In this document: one piece after another, positions 9,320 to 19,188 of the stretch | Position numbering within the stretch: the stretch's first letter is position 1 | How the letters are laid out: every line of letters starts with the position of its first letter | Assembly: GCA_027624555.1 (NCBI GenBank) | Contig: JAQBWN010000003.1 | Coordinates: forward strand, 1-50,163 | Direction: 5' to 3' | Source: a bacterium | GTDB taxonomy: Bacteria; Patescibacteriota; Andersenbacteria; UBA10190 | Length of the DNA stretch: 50,163 nt | Made by a program: the position numbers and the translations under genes | The notes under the pieces: model-generated | Seen by the model: the letters and a program-made list of their open reading frames with translations, nothing else | Databases searched by the model: none | What the model was told of the DNA's origin: nothing

Positions 9320-9445
9320 GATTGTAGATTCGCATGTGTTCTTAAGTAAGTAAGAAATTTAACCCACGCATGGGTATTTCTTAAGATAGAACATCTCTCC
9401 AAAAAACGCAAATAAATACTGGGGATTATTCGCATATATTATCGT

Positions 9446-9476
9446 TGTCATCCCGGGCCACGACCCGAGATCCACG
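9446..9476. repeat. REP-like palindrome (TGTCATCCCGG...GATCCACG), copy 1
   Basis: TGTCATCCCGGGCCACGACCCGAGATCCACG matches the reverse complement of 26170-26200 at 26 of 31 positions. Confidence 0.75.
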
Positions 9477-9515
9477 TCCGCCCGCTGAATTGACTGGTCG
9501 ATTTGTAAAATGGAT

Positions 9516-9546
9516 AAAAAAAACCGGGATCTTGGTAGAAACCCGG
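9516..9546 (-). terminator. Intrinsic terminator downstream of the sORF
   Basis: Minus strand CCGGG-N13-CCCGG-T8. Confidence 0.7.
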
Positions 9547-9575
9547 CGTCCGACTACTGCGCTCTTTAGATTGAA

Positions 9576-9683
9576 CTAACTATAATGATTCCACCTCCAT
9601 ATATCTACCATGATTAAAACGAGCTGAAAACCCACAAGCCCTAATCCACACAACATAGGGATAATGCAACAAATTTCTAGCAT
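9576..9683 (-). CDS. Putative 35-aa hydrophobic small protein (below the ORF-track cutoff)
   Basis: MLEICCIIPMLCGLGLVGFQLVLIMVDIWRWNHYS*; AGAAGG upstream; lies between its own promoter and terminator. Confidence 0.5.
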   Translation of the reverse strand: MLEICCIIPMLCGLGLVGFQLVLIMVDIWRWNHYS

Positions 9684-9751
9684 AGCTTTTTATGCCTTCT
9701 CTCTAATGTTTCAAGAACAAAACTGGTAAACCTATACCAGCCACTCTTTTG

Positions 9752-9780
9752 AGTGTACACCCTATGACCATTTCTGTCAA
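9752..9780 (-). promoter_or_regulatory. Sigma70-type promoter of the sORF cassette
   Basis: Minus strand TTGACA-17 nt-TACACT. Confidence 0.7.
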
Positions 9781-9807
9781 GTGCGACTTTTATAAGCGTA
9801 CAAATAC

Positions 9808-9840
9808 CAAAAAACCCCGCATATAAAGCGAGGTTTTTTG
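9808..9840. terminator. Intrinsic terminator (bidirectional form) after rpsJ
   Basis: CAAAAAACCCCGC-ATATAAA-GCGAGGTTTTTTG. Confidence 0.75.
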
Positions 9841-9857
9841 TCGTAGGCCGTAGCCGT

Positions 9858-9898
9858 AAGCTAATGCAGCTAACGAAGCTATAAGCTAATGAAGCTAG
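9858..9898. repeat. AGCT-unit repeat element, single arm (copy A), abutting the rpsJ stop
   Basis: AAGCTAATGCAGCTAACGAAGCTATAAGCTAATGAAGCTAG, identical to the right arm at 43328-43368. Confidence 0.92.
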
Positions 9899-10245
9899 TT
9901 AGATCGTCTTCATCGAAACATCCACACCTGCAGGAAGATTCAAACTCATAAGAGTGTCTATTGTGCGAGGGGTTGATTCAATGATATCGATCAAGCGTTT
10001 GTGTACGCGGATTTCGTACTGGTCTCGTGCATTTTTATGCACAAACGTAGAACGGTTCACCGTGTACTTTTTCTTGCTCGTAGGCAACGGAGTCGGGCCG
10101 GCAACTTTTGCGCCTTCCCGCTCTACCGCTTCCATAATTTGCTTCGCAGACTGATCGATCAATTTATGATCGTACGCCTTCAGCTTGATGCGAATACGAG
10201 GTGGCACTACCTCTGGAGCTGCTTCTGATTGTACAGTATCAGACA

Positions 10246-10246
<1 letters not shown>
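9899..10246 (-). CDS. rpsJ: 30S ribosomal protein S10
   Basis: [35 protein letters not shown]; TAATG overlap with the tuf stop. Confidence 0.98.
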
Positions 10247-11442
<1,196 letters not shown>

Positions 11443-11555
11443 AGCGTGTAAAAATATAAAAAATAATAAAATGCCTCACTTGGCGTTTTACCCAGCTCGT
11501 AAAAACGAACCGCCTCAAGGTCTGTATATTTGTAACAGATACTTGTTTAGAAGTC

Positions 11556-11597
11556 AAAAAAAGCCGAGACCTACACATATTGTGTAGTATCTCGGCT
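11556..11597 (-). terminator. Intrinsic terminator after the HExxH orphan
   Basis: Minus strand AGCCGAGA..CTACACA/TGTGTAG..TCTCGGCT followed by a T-tract. Confidence 0.8.
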
Positions 11598-11627
11598 GGG
11601 GTGGATTCTCGTTGATCCTGGAATGAA

Positions 11628-12422
11628 CTAATCCGGAAGGGTAAGCAGGTGATCGTAGAGATCTTTCGCGACTCGCAGAAAGTTATCTGGTTCCGCCACT
11701 ACGTACTTATCACACAGCTCGTTAGCTTTCTTGTTTTGCCCTACACGCGTATGCGTAGCAAGAAAACCAAGTATCCGTTCCGCGTTTTTTTTAACTTCTG
11801 GCTCGTGCTCTTGGAGTAATACTCCAAATTTAATTAGCCTCGCCCATTGATACACGGCGGGCAATATTTCCAGACAGCAGGGCAGGGTTGCAGCAACGCT
11901 ATAAGGAAACGTATAAAAGGATTGACGCACCTCCTGAGTACGGCTCGCAACAGTTGCCGACCCTATTTCATGAAACTTGGGCAATGCGTATTGCTGTGCA
12001 TCAAACTCCAGCGGTGCAGACAGAAATTCTGCAACATCTTGCATTAGCTTGTTTGGAACCGTCTGCAGTATTTGCAACCGTTCATGCACATACCTTTTCC
12101 AATACGTGCTCACCAATGATTGGTGCGCATGCCGTAACTCATGGATAAAAATGAACTTTTGACGAACATGTTCCTTGCTGAAGAACTTTTCAGTCAAGAC
12201 CACGTGTGCAAAAGGTGACGTAGAAAATCCGGCACTTGCTCCATTTTTATCAGAGAAACGTTTGCGAATCGTTGCACTCGCTAATGTTGCATCGTGAGCT
12301 TGAAACTGCAACCGCGGCAAATCATTTTCACTGACTGCCAGATCAATACTTGCATCAACGATGAGTTCATTTACGTCTTCCCTTCGAGAAGGCAAGGCAA
12401 TAATAGACAAATATTCACTCAT
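11628..12422 (-). CDS. Hypothetical protein with zincin-like HExxH motif
   Basis: FIFIHELRHAHQ with a downstream LEFDAQQYA helix; own promoter, SD and terminator. Confidence 0.65.
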   Translation of the reverse strand: MSEYLSIIALPSRREDVNELIVDASIDLAVSENDLPRLQFQAHDATLASATIRKRFSDKNGASAGFSTSPFAHVVLTEKFFSKEHVRQKFIFIHELRHAHQSLVSTYWKRYVHERLQILQTVPNKLMQDVAEFLSAPLEFDAQQYALPKFHEIGSATVASRTQEVRQSFYTFPYSVAATLPCCLEILPAVYQWARLIKFGVLLQEHEPEVKKNAERILGFLATHTRVGQNKKANELCDKYVVAEPDNFLRVAKDLYDHLLTLPD

Positions 12423-12501
12423 TTTCCTGTTCCCTTTTGCGATAGGTTAAAGATCAATCCAAATGTAGACTGACACTATACTTACTACACTCTTGATATT
12501 T

Positions 12502-12546
12502 TGTCAATAATCATTATTTGACAGTTTATTATTCATGGTTTATCAT
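12502..12546. promoter_or_regulatory. Back-to-back divergent promoters
   Basis: TGTCAA-10 nt-TTGACA inverted -35 pair; plus strand TTGACA-17 nt-TATCAT. Confidence 0.6.
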
Positions 12547-12603
12547 GCAATTTAGAAATTCATATCAAAACAAATTGAACATTACAATTAAAGGGGTTAT
12601 GAA

Positions 12604-12927
12604 ATGTCTCATAAATCGCATCGGTCGGGTGGTAAGATTAGCGGAAACCACACGACCCTGATTCCAACCGCAGGAATTCTCGTCGATATAGCAGTACTAG
12701 ACGAAGAGGTAACCAAAGTCCATCTGGGTCATATTAGTCCTAAGTTGTCCCCGATTCATGGCTTGGTTCGAGTGAAGTTTAAGTTTGATCTAGGAAGTCT
12801 GCTGTTACTAGTGCGTTGCAACACCTCAGCCCAAGAAATTCGTATTTATACAAACGACGTATTAAAAACTCAACACAACCTTGCAAGGTCAGCACGAGAT
12901 AACAAAATCGGTATCTCGTTCAAATAA
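12604..12927 (+). CDS. DUF2103-like putative metal-binding protein
   Basis: GGKISGNHTTLI N-terminal motif, LGHI, LLLLVR..SAQEIRIYT; AAGGGG SD. Confidence 0.7.
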   Translation: MSHKSHRSGGKISGNHTTLIPTAGILVDIAVLDEEVTKVHLGHISPKLSPIHGLVRVKFKFDLGSLLLLVRCNTSAQEIRIYTNDVLKTQHNLARSARDNKIGISFK

Positions 12928-12953
12928 AAGAAGCTACTCAAAAACCAACATTT

Positions 12954-12998
12954 ACTCCTGAAGCAACCACAATGGTTTGTATAGGGAGTTTTTATTTT
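12954..12998 (+). terminator. Intrinsic terminator after the DUF2103-like gene
   Basis: ACTCCT...AGGGAGT-TTTTATTTT. Confidence 0.55.
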
Positions 12999-13016
12999 AC
13001 CAAAAAACCAATCCAG

Positions 13017-13487
13017 CTACCGCGCTTTTTCCAGTTTTGTTATTCTCTCACCATGGTTATATACTTCAAATTCCAAGTTCTTAACTTTGCGCAACTCAGT
13101 CGTGAGAGAGCTTACTGAATCGGTATTAACTTCAATTTTCTTTTCTAGCCGCTCATTCGTTTCCCGCTGTTCTTTTCGAAATTCATCAAACTCGTATCTG
13201 AGTCCACCAACGTTTTTTTCGATACCGCTAACTTGTTCTCGCAGACCACCAACTTGTTTCTCAAGTCCATTAGCTTGTACCTGTAAACCACCAACTTGTT
13301 TTTCTAGTCCACCAACCCGTTTTGTTAAGCCCCCAACTTGTGTTTTAACACCTTTTATTTCCTTCTTCTGCTCCTGCAACTCTTTAAACATTTTACCAAA
13401 AAAATCTTTGATCATTTCCATGCCTTCAGTCCATTGAGATTGGGTTACGAACGAGTCAGTTGCAGAAGTTTTTTTATTCTTTGCCAT
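13017..13487 (-). CDS. Coiled-coil heptad-repeat hypothetical protein
   Basis: Repeats of (V/A)GGLEKQ type, C-terminal HGERITKLE; 21-bp degenerate DNA repeats at about 13200-13345. Confidence 0.8.
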   Translation of the reverse strand: MAKNKKTSATDSFVTQSQWTEGMEMIKDFFGKMFKELQEQKKEIKGVKTQVGGLTKRVGGLEKQVGGLQVQANGLEKQVGGLREQVSGIEKNVGGLRYEFDEFRKEQRETNERLEKKIEVNTDSVSSLTTELRKVKNLEFEVYNHGERITKLEKAR

Positions 13488-13525
13488 GTACAAAAAGTAT
13501 ACTTCTTTTTTCAGAGGCTCGCACT

Positions 13526-13972
13526 TTAATCCTGCAAATCTGGCGCAAGGTCTCCTTTTAGTGGTTCAAAACGGATACGAGAATCGTGAGCAGCTTCGGG
13601 ATTTTCTGAAATTTTGGGAGTAAATAACATATCATCATCTAACGATACTGTTACATCATCTAGTGCTTCCTCTTCTTCTAATTCTTGTTTCAGTGCATAC
13701 GCAAGCGCAATGTCGCGATTTATTCTATCTAGCACATCGTCTTGCAATGAAATATCTATATGTTTTCGAATGGCGCGAGATACTGATTCTGCTTGCGGAA
13801 GTGTTAACTGCTGTTCTTGCGACTTTACTTGCTGCCCTTCAAATGCTTCTTTAGAAGCGAGCACAAACTGATTTCCATCTTCGTCGGTAAACGAAAACGT
13901 TCCGCCTAAATCTTGTAATACATGCAAAATTGGTTGGAGTGTTTCTTTCAGTGGTTTTTGTTCGTGGTGCAT
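13526..13972 (-). CDS. Acidic hypothetical protein
   Basis: 148-aa ORF with ATG start, co-oriented with neighbours; no recognised motif. Confidence 0.75.
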   Translation of the reverse strand: MHHEQKPLKETLQPILHVLQDLGGTFSFTDEDGNQFVLASKEAFEGQQVKSQEQQLTLPQAESVSRAIRKHIDISLQDDVLDRINRDIALAYALKQELEEEEALDDVTVSLDDDMLFTPKISENPEAAHDSRIRFEPLKGDLAPDLQD

Positions 13973-14007
13973 GTATTAAAAATATATCGAGAAATAAAAA
14001 TGCGCAA

Positions 14008-14145
14008 ACGTTTTCCCCTCTTTACGAAGGAGGGGTTAGGGGAGGTTAGGTGAGAACGCGAACGCGCTTCTCCCACACCAGCCCTCACCCACCCGCCTGT
14101 TGGCGAGGTGCCCTCTCCCCCATATGGGTAGAGGGGAGCGACGTT
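14008..14145. repeat. Two inverted GC-rich palindromic repeats downstream of fusA
   Basis: CCCCTCTTTACGAAGGAGGGGTTAGGGGAGGT..GAGAA, then the opposite orientation TTCTCCCAC..CCCTCACCC..CCCTCTCCCCATATGGGTAGAGGG. Confidence 0.75.
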
Positions 14146-14152
14146 TCACCAA

Positions 14153-14195
14153 AAGCTAATGAAGCTAAGGCAGCTAACGAAGCTAGTGAAGCTAA
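14153..14195. repeat. AGCT-unit repeat element, single arm (copy B), next to the fusA stop
   Basis: AAGCTAATGAAGCTAAGGCAGCTAACGAAGCTAGTGAAGCTAA. Confidence 0.9.
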
Positions 14196-14196
14196 T

Positions 14197-16290
14197 TTAT
14201 TTCTTCGCCGCAGTGCCTACAATTGCTTCTTGAACGTTTCTTGGAACTTCTTGGTAGTGGTCAAAATGCATGGAGTAATTTGCTCGCCCCTGGCTCATCG
14301 AACGAATTTGCGTAGCGTATCCAAACATTTCTCCAAGTGGCACCGTTGCGTCTATCACTTTTAAATTTATTCGGTCATTGATTGCAAGAATTTGTCCTCG
14401 ACGAGAATTTAAGTCGCCCACTACGTCTCCCATATAGTTTTCTGGGGTAATGACTTCTACTTTCATAATCGGCTCAAGAAGAACAGGGTCTGCGGCGCGC
14501 ATACCATCTCGAAACGCCATAGCTCCGGCAATTTTAAAGGCAATTTCAGAGGAATCTACATCATGGTAGCTTCCATCAAACGCAGTAGCTTTAATATCAA
14601 CAACAGGGAACCCTGCAAGTACTCCATTTTTCGAAGCTTCTTCTACACCCTTTCCGATTGCAGGAAGATACTCTTGTGGAATAACTCCACCCTTAATTGC
14701 TTGTTCATATTCAACGCCAGCTCCGCGCTCTTGTGGCTCCAAGCGAATCCATACATGGCCGTACTGCCCACGTCCTCCCGATTGCTTGATATACTTTCCT
14801 TCTGCTTCCACTGTTTTGCGAATGGTTTCTTTGTATGCAACTTGTGGCTTTCCGACGTTCACTTCCACTCCAAATTCTCGTTTCATACGATCCACAATAA
14901 TTTCCAAGTGGAGTTCTCCCATTCCTTCTATAATCATCTGCATTGTTTCTGTATCCGTATGTGCTCGAAGCGTAGGGTCTTCTCCAATAAGAGCCTTCAG
15001 TGCCATTCCCATCTTTTCTTGGTCAGCTTTCGATTTTGGTTCAATCGCAAGCGAAATAACAGGCTCATGACCTATGATGCGTTCCAAAATAATTGGACTA
15101 TCTTCTGCACAAAGCGTATCGCCCGTAGTAGTTGCCTTCATTCCGACCAAGGCGCCAATTCCTCCAGCAGAAATTTCTCCTACTTCTTCCCTATCGTTTG
15201 CATACATGCGAAGTATTCGGCTTATACGTTCTCGTTTTCCAGTTGAAGAATTTAACACATACGAACCGGCTGTTAACTTCCCTGAATACACTCGGAAGAA
15301 TGTGAGCTGACCAACATACGGATCTGTAGCAATTTTGAACGCGAGCGCAGCAAACGGTTCAGAATCTAACGGTTTTCGAGTTAGAATTTTTTCTGGGTTA
15401 TCCACATCTATTCCTTCAATAGCTGGTACGTCTGCGGGGGAAGGTAAATAGTCCACTACTGCATCAAGCATTTTCTGCACTCCTTTATTCTTGAGCGCAG
15501 TTCCGCACAAGACGGGCACAATAAGCCCTGCAACTACACCTTTGCGAAGCGCAGCGTTTAATTCATCAACGGAAATATCTTTTCCTTCTAAATACTTTTC
15601 CGTAAGCGCGTCATCGAGCCCTGCGATTTTTTCTACCATTTCTGCGCGGTGCATTTTTGCTTCTTCTACTAATTCCGCCGGAATTTCTTTTTTCTCAATT
15701 TGAATTCCCATTTCACCTTCAAAATACCACGCTTGCTCGGTTAACAAATCAATAATACCTCCAAAGTTTTCTTCCTCCCCAATGGGGAGTGTTAATACAA
15801 CGGTGTTTTTTGTAAGACGTTCGTGAATAGAATCTAATACTTTCCAGAAGTTTGCACCTGTTCTATCTAATTTATTCACGAAACATAACCGAGGCACTTT
15901 ATGCACATCTGCTTGACGCCATACGGTCTCAGATTGTGGTTCTACTCCTGCAACACCATCAAACACCACCACTGCTCCGTCGAGTACGCGAAGACTTCGT
16001 TCTACTTCAACAGTAAAATCTACGTGACCAGGTGTGTCGATAAGATTGAGACGATAATCGCGCCAAAAGGCCGTTGTTGTTGCAGAAGTAATCGTAATAC
16101 CACGCTCTCGCTCCTGTTCCATCCAGTCCATAACAGTATCCCCTTCATGCACTTCCCCAATTTTATGGGTAAGACCAGTATAAAAAAGCACGCGTTCAGA
16201 AACCGTAGTTTTTCCTGCGTCAATATGAGCAATAATTCCAAAATTGCGAACCTTATCAATAGTAACCTGCGGAAATTGCTTCGTTGCCAT
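14197..16290 (-). CDS. fusA: Elongation factor G
   Basis: [43 protein letters not shown]. Confidence 0.99.
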   Translation of the reverse strand: MATKQFPQVTIDKVRNFGIIAHIDAGKTTVSERVLFYTGLTHKIGEVHEGDTVMDWMEQERERGITITSATTTAFWRDYRLNLIDTPGHVDFTVEVERSLRVLDGAVVVFDGVAGVEPQSETVWRQADVHKVPRLCFVNKLDRTGANFWKVLDSIHERLTKNTVVLTLPIGEEENFGGIIDLLTEQAWYFEGEMGIQIEKKEIPAELVEEAKMHRAEMVEKIAGLDDALTEKYLEGKDISVDELNAALRKGVVAGLIVPVLCGTALKNKGVQKMLDAVVDYLPSPADVPAIEGIDVDNPEKILTRKPLDSEPFAALAFKIATDPYVGQLTFFRVYSGKLTAGSYVLNSSTGKRERISRILRMYANDREEVGEISAGGIGALVGMKATTTGDTLCAEDSPIILERIIGHEPVISLAIEPKSKADQEKMGMALKALIGEDPTLRAHTDTETMQMIIEGMGELHLEIIVDRMKREFGVEVNVGKPQVAYKETIRKTVEAEGKYIKQSGGRGQYGHVWIRLEPQERGAGVEYEQAIKGGVIPQEYLPAIGKGVEEASKNGVLAGFPVVDIKATAFDGSYHDVDSSEIAFKIAGAMAFRDGMRAADPVLLEPIMKVEVITPENYMGDVVGDLNSRRGQILAINDRINLKVIDATVPLGEMFGYATQIRSMSQGRANYSMHFDHYQEVPRNVQEAIVGTAAKK

Positions 16291-16303
16291 ATTAGTCAGG
16301 CTC

Positions 16304-16780
16304 CTACCGTGCGAAATGAGAGAACGCGCGGTTTGCTTCTGCCATGCGATGCATGTCTTCCCGCTTTTTCATTGCTCCGCCCGTTTTTTGAGATGCCTCT
16401 ACGAGTTCAGCAGCCAGCTTCTCAGCCATAGATCTGCCACCTCGGCTTCTTGCAGCATCACGGAGCCAACGCATAGAAAGCGTATCGCGTCTCGCAGGGC
16501 GCACCTCTTGTGCTATTTGATAATTTGCGCCACCTACTCTGCGCGCCTTTACCTCGAGTACTGGGGCAACATTTTTCAGCGCAGTATCAAATACCATGAG
16601 CGGATCGTTTTTTGTTGTATTTGAAATGATTTCCAACGCTTCATATATAATGCGCTGAGAAACACTCTTTTTGCCGTCATACATCATATAATTAATAAAT
16701 TTTGACAGCGCCATATTCCCGAATTTTGGATCAGGTTTTAAATATTTCTTATTCTTATATACTCGTTTTTTTCGTGGCAT
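16304..16780 (-). CDS. rpsG: 30S ribosomal protein S7
   Basis: [27 protein letters not shown]. Confidence 0.98.
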   Translation of the reverse strand: MPRKKRVYKNKKYLKPDPKFGNMALSKFINYMMYDGKKSVSQRIIYEALEIISNTTKNDPLMVFDTALKNVAPVLEVKARRVGGANYQIAQEVRPARRDTLSMRWLRDAARSRGGRSMAEKLAAELVEASQKTGGAMKKREDMHRMAEANRAFSHFAR

Positions 16781-16788
16781 AAATAGTG

Positions 16789-17211
16789 TTATTCGGATTT
16801 AGGTTTCTTTGCTCCGTATCTGCTTCGTCCTCGTCTGCGAGCCTCTACTCCAACCGTGTCGAGTACTCCTCGCACTACGGTATATCGAACTCCAGGTAAG
16901 TCTTTCTTTCTTCCTCCTCGAATTACAACTATAGAATGCTCTTGCAAGTTGTGGCCTTCACCGGGAATAAACGCGGTTACTTCCATTCCATTCGTTAAAC
17001 GAACTCGCGCAACTTTTCGAAGTGCAGAGTTTGGCTTCTTAGGAGTCATTATTTTTACCTGTAAGCAAACTCCACGCTTAAATGGGCTACCCTTCTTAAA
17101 CGTAGTAGGACGGTCCGTTAACACGTTAAAGCCTTTCAAGAGCGCGGGAGCTTTTGACTTCTTTGTCTTCCATTGTCGTCGTTTGCGGACAAGCTGGTTA
17201 ATCGTTGGCAT
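16789..17211 (-). CDS. rpsL: 30S ribosomal protein S12
   Basis: [37 protein letters not shown]. Confidence 0.99.
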   Translation of the reverse strand: MPTINQLVRKRRQWKTKKSKAPALLKGFNVLTDRPTTFKKGSPFKRGVCLQVKIMTPKKPNSALRKVARVRLTNGMEVTAFIPGEGHNLQEHSIVVIRGGRKKDLPGVRYTVVRGVLDTVGVEARRRGRSRYGAKKPKSE

Positions 17212-17242
17212 TTATGTACTATAGATAAGCCGACAAAAAAAG

Positions 17243-17905
17243 TCAAAGCAGGTTTATTAGTTCAGAAACGGAAACTCCCATCATAATGCTCGTAAGGGTA
17301 ATTGCGGGTAAAAATACTGCATTAGTCAGGAACCCCGGAAAAAAAATAATAACACCAAACACGACAAACATCCCATATCTCTCAAGCATAGCAATAATGT
17401 CAGGTCGTTTTTCTAAAAAAATAAAGAGAATTTTAGAACCGTCAAGGGGGGGAATGGGCAAAAGGTTAAAAAGCATCAAAAAGGTATTTGTAAGCCCTAT
17501 TATAAGAAAAAGATATGGCAACGCAGTATTGGGAGAAGAAATGCGAAATAATGCTCCGCAGATGATTAATATAAGAAAATTTGCCGCCGGACCAGCTAAC
17601 GCAACGAGGAGTGGGCCATATTTTCCATACTTCAAATTATAGTAATTCACAGGTACCGGCTTTGCCCAGCCAAATAACACACCCGCCTGGGTTATAAGAA
17701 GAATTCCAGGAATAATAATAGTTCCCCATAAATCAATGTGCTTTATAGGATTTAGGGATAATCTGCCCGCATATTTTGCTGTTGGGTCCCCCAACCAATT
17801 CGCCACGTATCCATGAGAAACTTCATGAAAAACAACGGCAATACCGATCGCCAGTATAGACGTAAGTAACGAAAGCCCCTCCGGAGCAGCTAATATACTA
17901 AACAT
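17243..17905 (-). CDS. Site-2 protease (peptidase M50 family)
   Basis: HEVSHG, AGPAAN, FNLLPIPPLDGSK. Confidence 0.93.
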   Translation of the reverse strand: MFSILAAPEGLSLLTSILAIGIAVVFHEVSHGYVANWLGDPTAKYAGRLSLNPIKHIDLWGTIIIPGILLITQAGVLFGWAKPVPVNYYNLKYGKYGPLLVALAGPAANFLILIICGALFRISSPNTALPYLFLIIGLTNTFLMLFNLLPIPPLDGSKILFIFLEKRPDIIAMLERYGMFVVFGVIIFFPGFLTNAVFLPAITLTSIMMGVSVSELINLL

Positions 17906-17948
17906 ATTTGCATTTTAGCATGATAGCTTCTATAGTAAAACCTATTCT

Positions 17949-18140
17949 ATGGCACGTATATGCGACATCTGCAAAAAGGGTAAAACAATGGGCAACATGA
18001 AGAAACTGTTGCGCGGTCATTATAATATAACCGGCAGACGGTCATTTAAGCCAAACTTGCAGTCTATCAAGCACGAAGGCAATCGCGTCCTTGCTTGCGT
18101 AAGATGCATCCGTACAAAGTCCAAAAACGCAGCCGTATAA
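17949..18140 (+). CDS. rpmB: 50S ribosomal protein L28
   Basis: MARICDICKKG..GN..RSFKPNLQ..CVRCIRT. Confidence 0.93.
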   Translation: MARICDICKKGKTMGNMKKLLRGHYNITGRRSFKPNLQSIKHEGNRVLACVRCIRTKSKNAAV

Positions 18141-18180
18141 AAAGAAAAAGAGCGAAGCAAGATTAAATCTTACTTCGCTC
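18141..18180 (-). terminator. Intrinsic terminator for the minus-strand sORF
   Basis: Minus strand GAGCGAAGTAAGAT-TTA-ATCTTGCTTCGCTC-TTTTTCTTT. Confidence 0.75.
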
Positions 18181-18208
18181 GGAATAACGCTTGAATGATG
18201 TAAATGTG

Positions 18209-18388
18209 CTATCTGGGCTTTTCAGACCGCGCGTCCGTACGTCTACCCGTAGTCCACTGGATCGGCGGCAGCTGGCGCGCTTCATCCTGTTTTCGCTGAT
18301 TTTCTTCTTCTCTACGCAGAGCTGCAACCCTTTGACTTTGCGCAACGCGCTGCAAGTTGGCCAATACCCTTGTTGAATGTGCCGACAT
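18209..18388 (-). CDS. Small basic hypothetical protein (59 aa)
   Basis: MSAHSTRVLANLQRVAQ...; AGAGGGG SD 8 nt upstream, CTGACA-16-TATAAT promoter at 18453-18480, terminator downstream. Confidence 0.55.
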   Translation of the reverse strand: MSAHSTRVLANLQRVAQSQRVAALRREEENQRKQDEARQLPPIQWTTGRRTDARSEKPR

Positions 18389-18528
18389 CTTCAAAACCCC
18401 TCTTAGGTTCTATCAAAATTAGAGAAGAGACCCTTTCTCTACTCTGATAAGCATTATACTCCTATTTTTAACTTTGTCAGCTATTTCTGACAAAATGCAC
18501 TGTTAGTCTTTTGGTATACTATACAGCC

Positions 18529-19188
18529 ATGGATACTACAGCAAATTCTCAACAAGAACGAAAACAACGAGCAGAAATTATCCACAAAGAACTGGAACGC
18601 CTATTTCCTGGTGAGCTTGCTACGCCACTACACTACGAAACTGACTTTCAACTTTTGGTTGCTGTTATTCTTTCTGCACAATGCACAGATGACAGGGTAA
18701 ATATTGTTACGAAAGATTTGTTTCAGAAATATACATCTTTAGATAGCTTTGCGCATGCAAATGCTCATGATTTAGAACGAGCAATATTCTCAACGGGCTT
18801 TTACCGAAACAAAGCAATGGCAATTATTGATAGTGCTGTAATTATTCAGGAAAAATATAAGTCTAAAGTTCCCGGAACCATGCAAGAATTACTGCAATTG
18901 CCGGGAGTTGGCAGAAAAACCGCAAACGTCATACTTGGGCATTTATTTAAGAAAGTGGAAGGAATTGCAGTAGATACACATGTTATTCGATTATCAAATA
19001 AATTTGGCCTCACGGAATCCAAAAATCCAAATACTATTGAAAAAGATTTGTGTGAAATCTTGCCTCAAGAGCACTGGTGGAATTTTTCGTATCGCTTAAA
19101 AGCATATGGCAGAAAATACAGCCCAGCATGGAAAAAGCATGACCAGGACGACCCGGTGAGCGTTGCGCTACTCCAATATTCCGTCTAA
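18529..19188 (+). CDS. nth: Endonuclease III (HhH-GPD), lacking the Fe-S cluster motif
   Basis: LLVAVILSAQCTDDRVN, LPGVGRKTANV, IAVDTHV. Confidence 0.93.
   Translation: MDTTANSQQERKQRAEIIHKELERLFPGELATPLHYETDFQLLVAVILSAQCTDDRVNIVTKDLFQKYTSLDSFAHANAHDLERAIFSTGFYRNKAMAIIDSAVIIQEKYKSKVPGTMQELLQLPGVGRKTANVILGHLFKKVEGIAVDTHVIRLSNKFGLTESKNPNTIEKDLCEILPQEHWWNFSYRLKAYGRKYSPAWKKHDQDDPVSVALLQYSV

Noticed and set aside
14050-14364. ORF containing KANEAKAANEASEAN
   Set aside because: It is a translation of the repeats and runs antisense into fusA.
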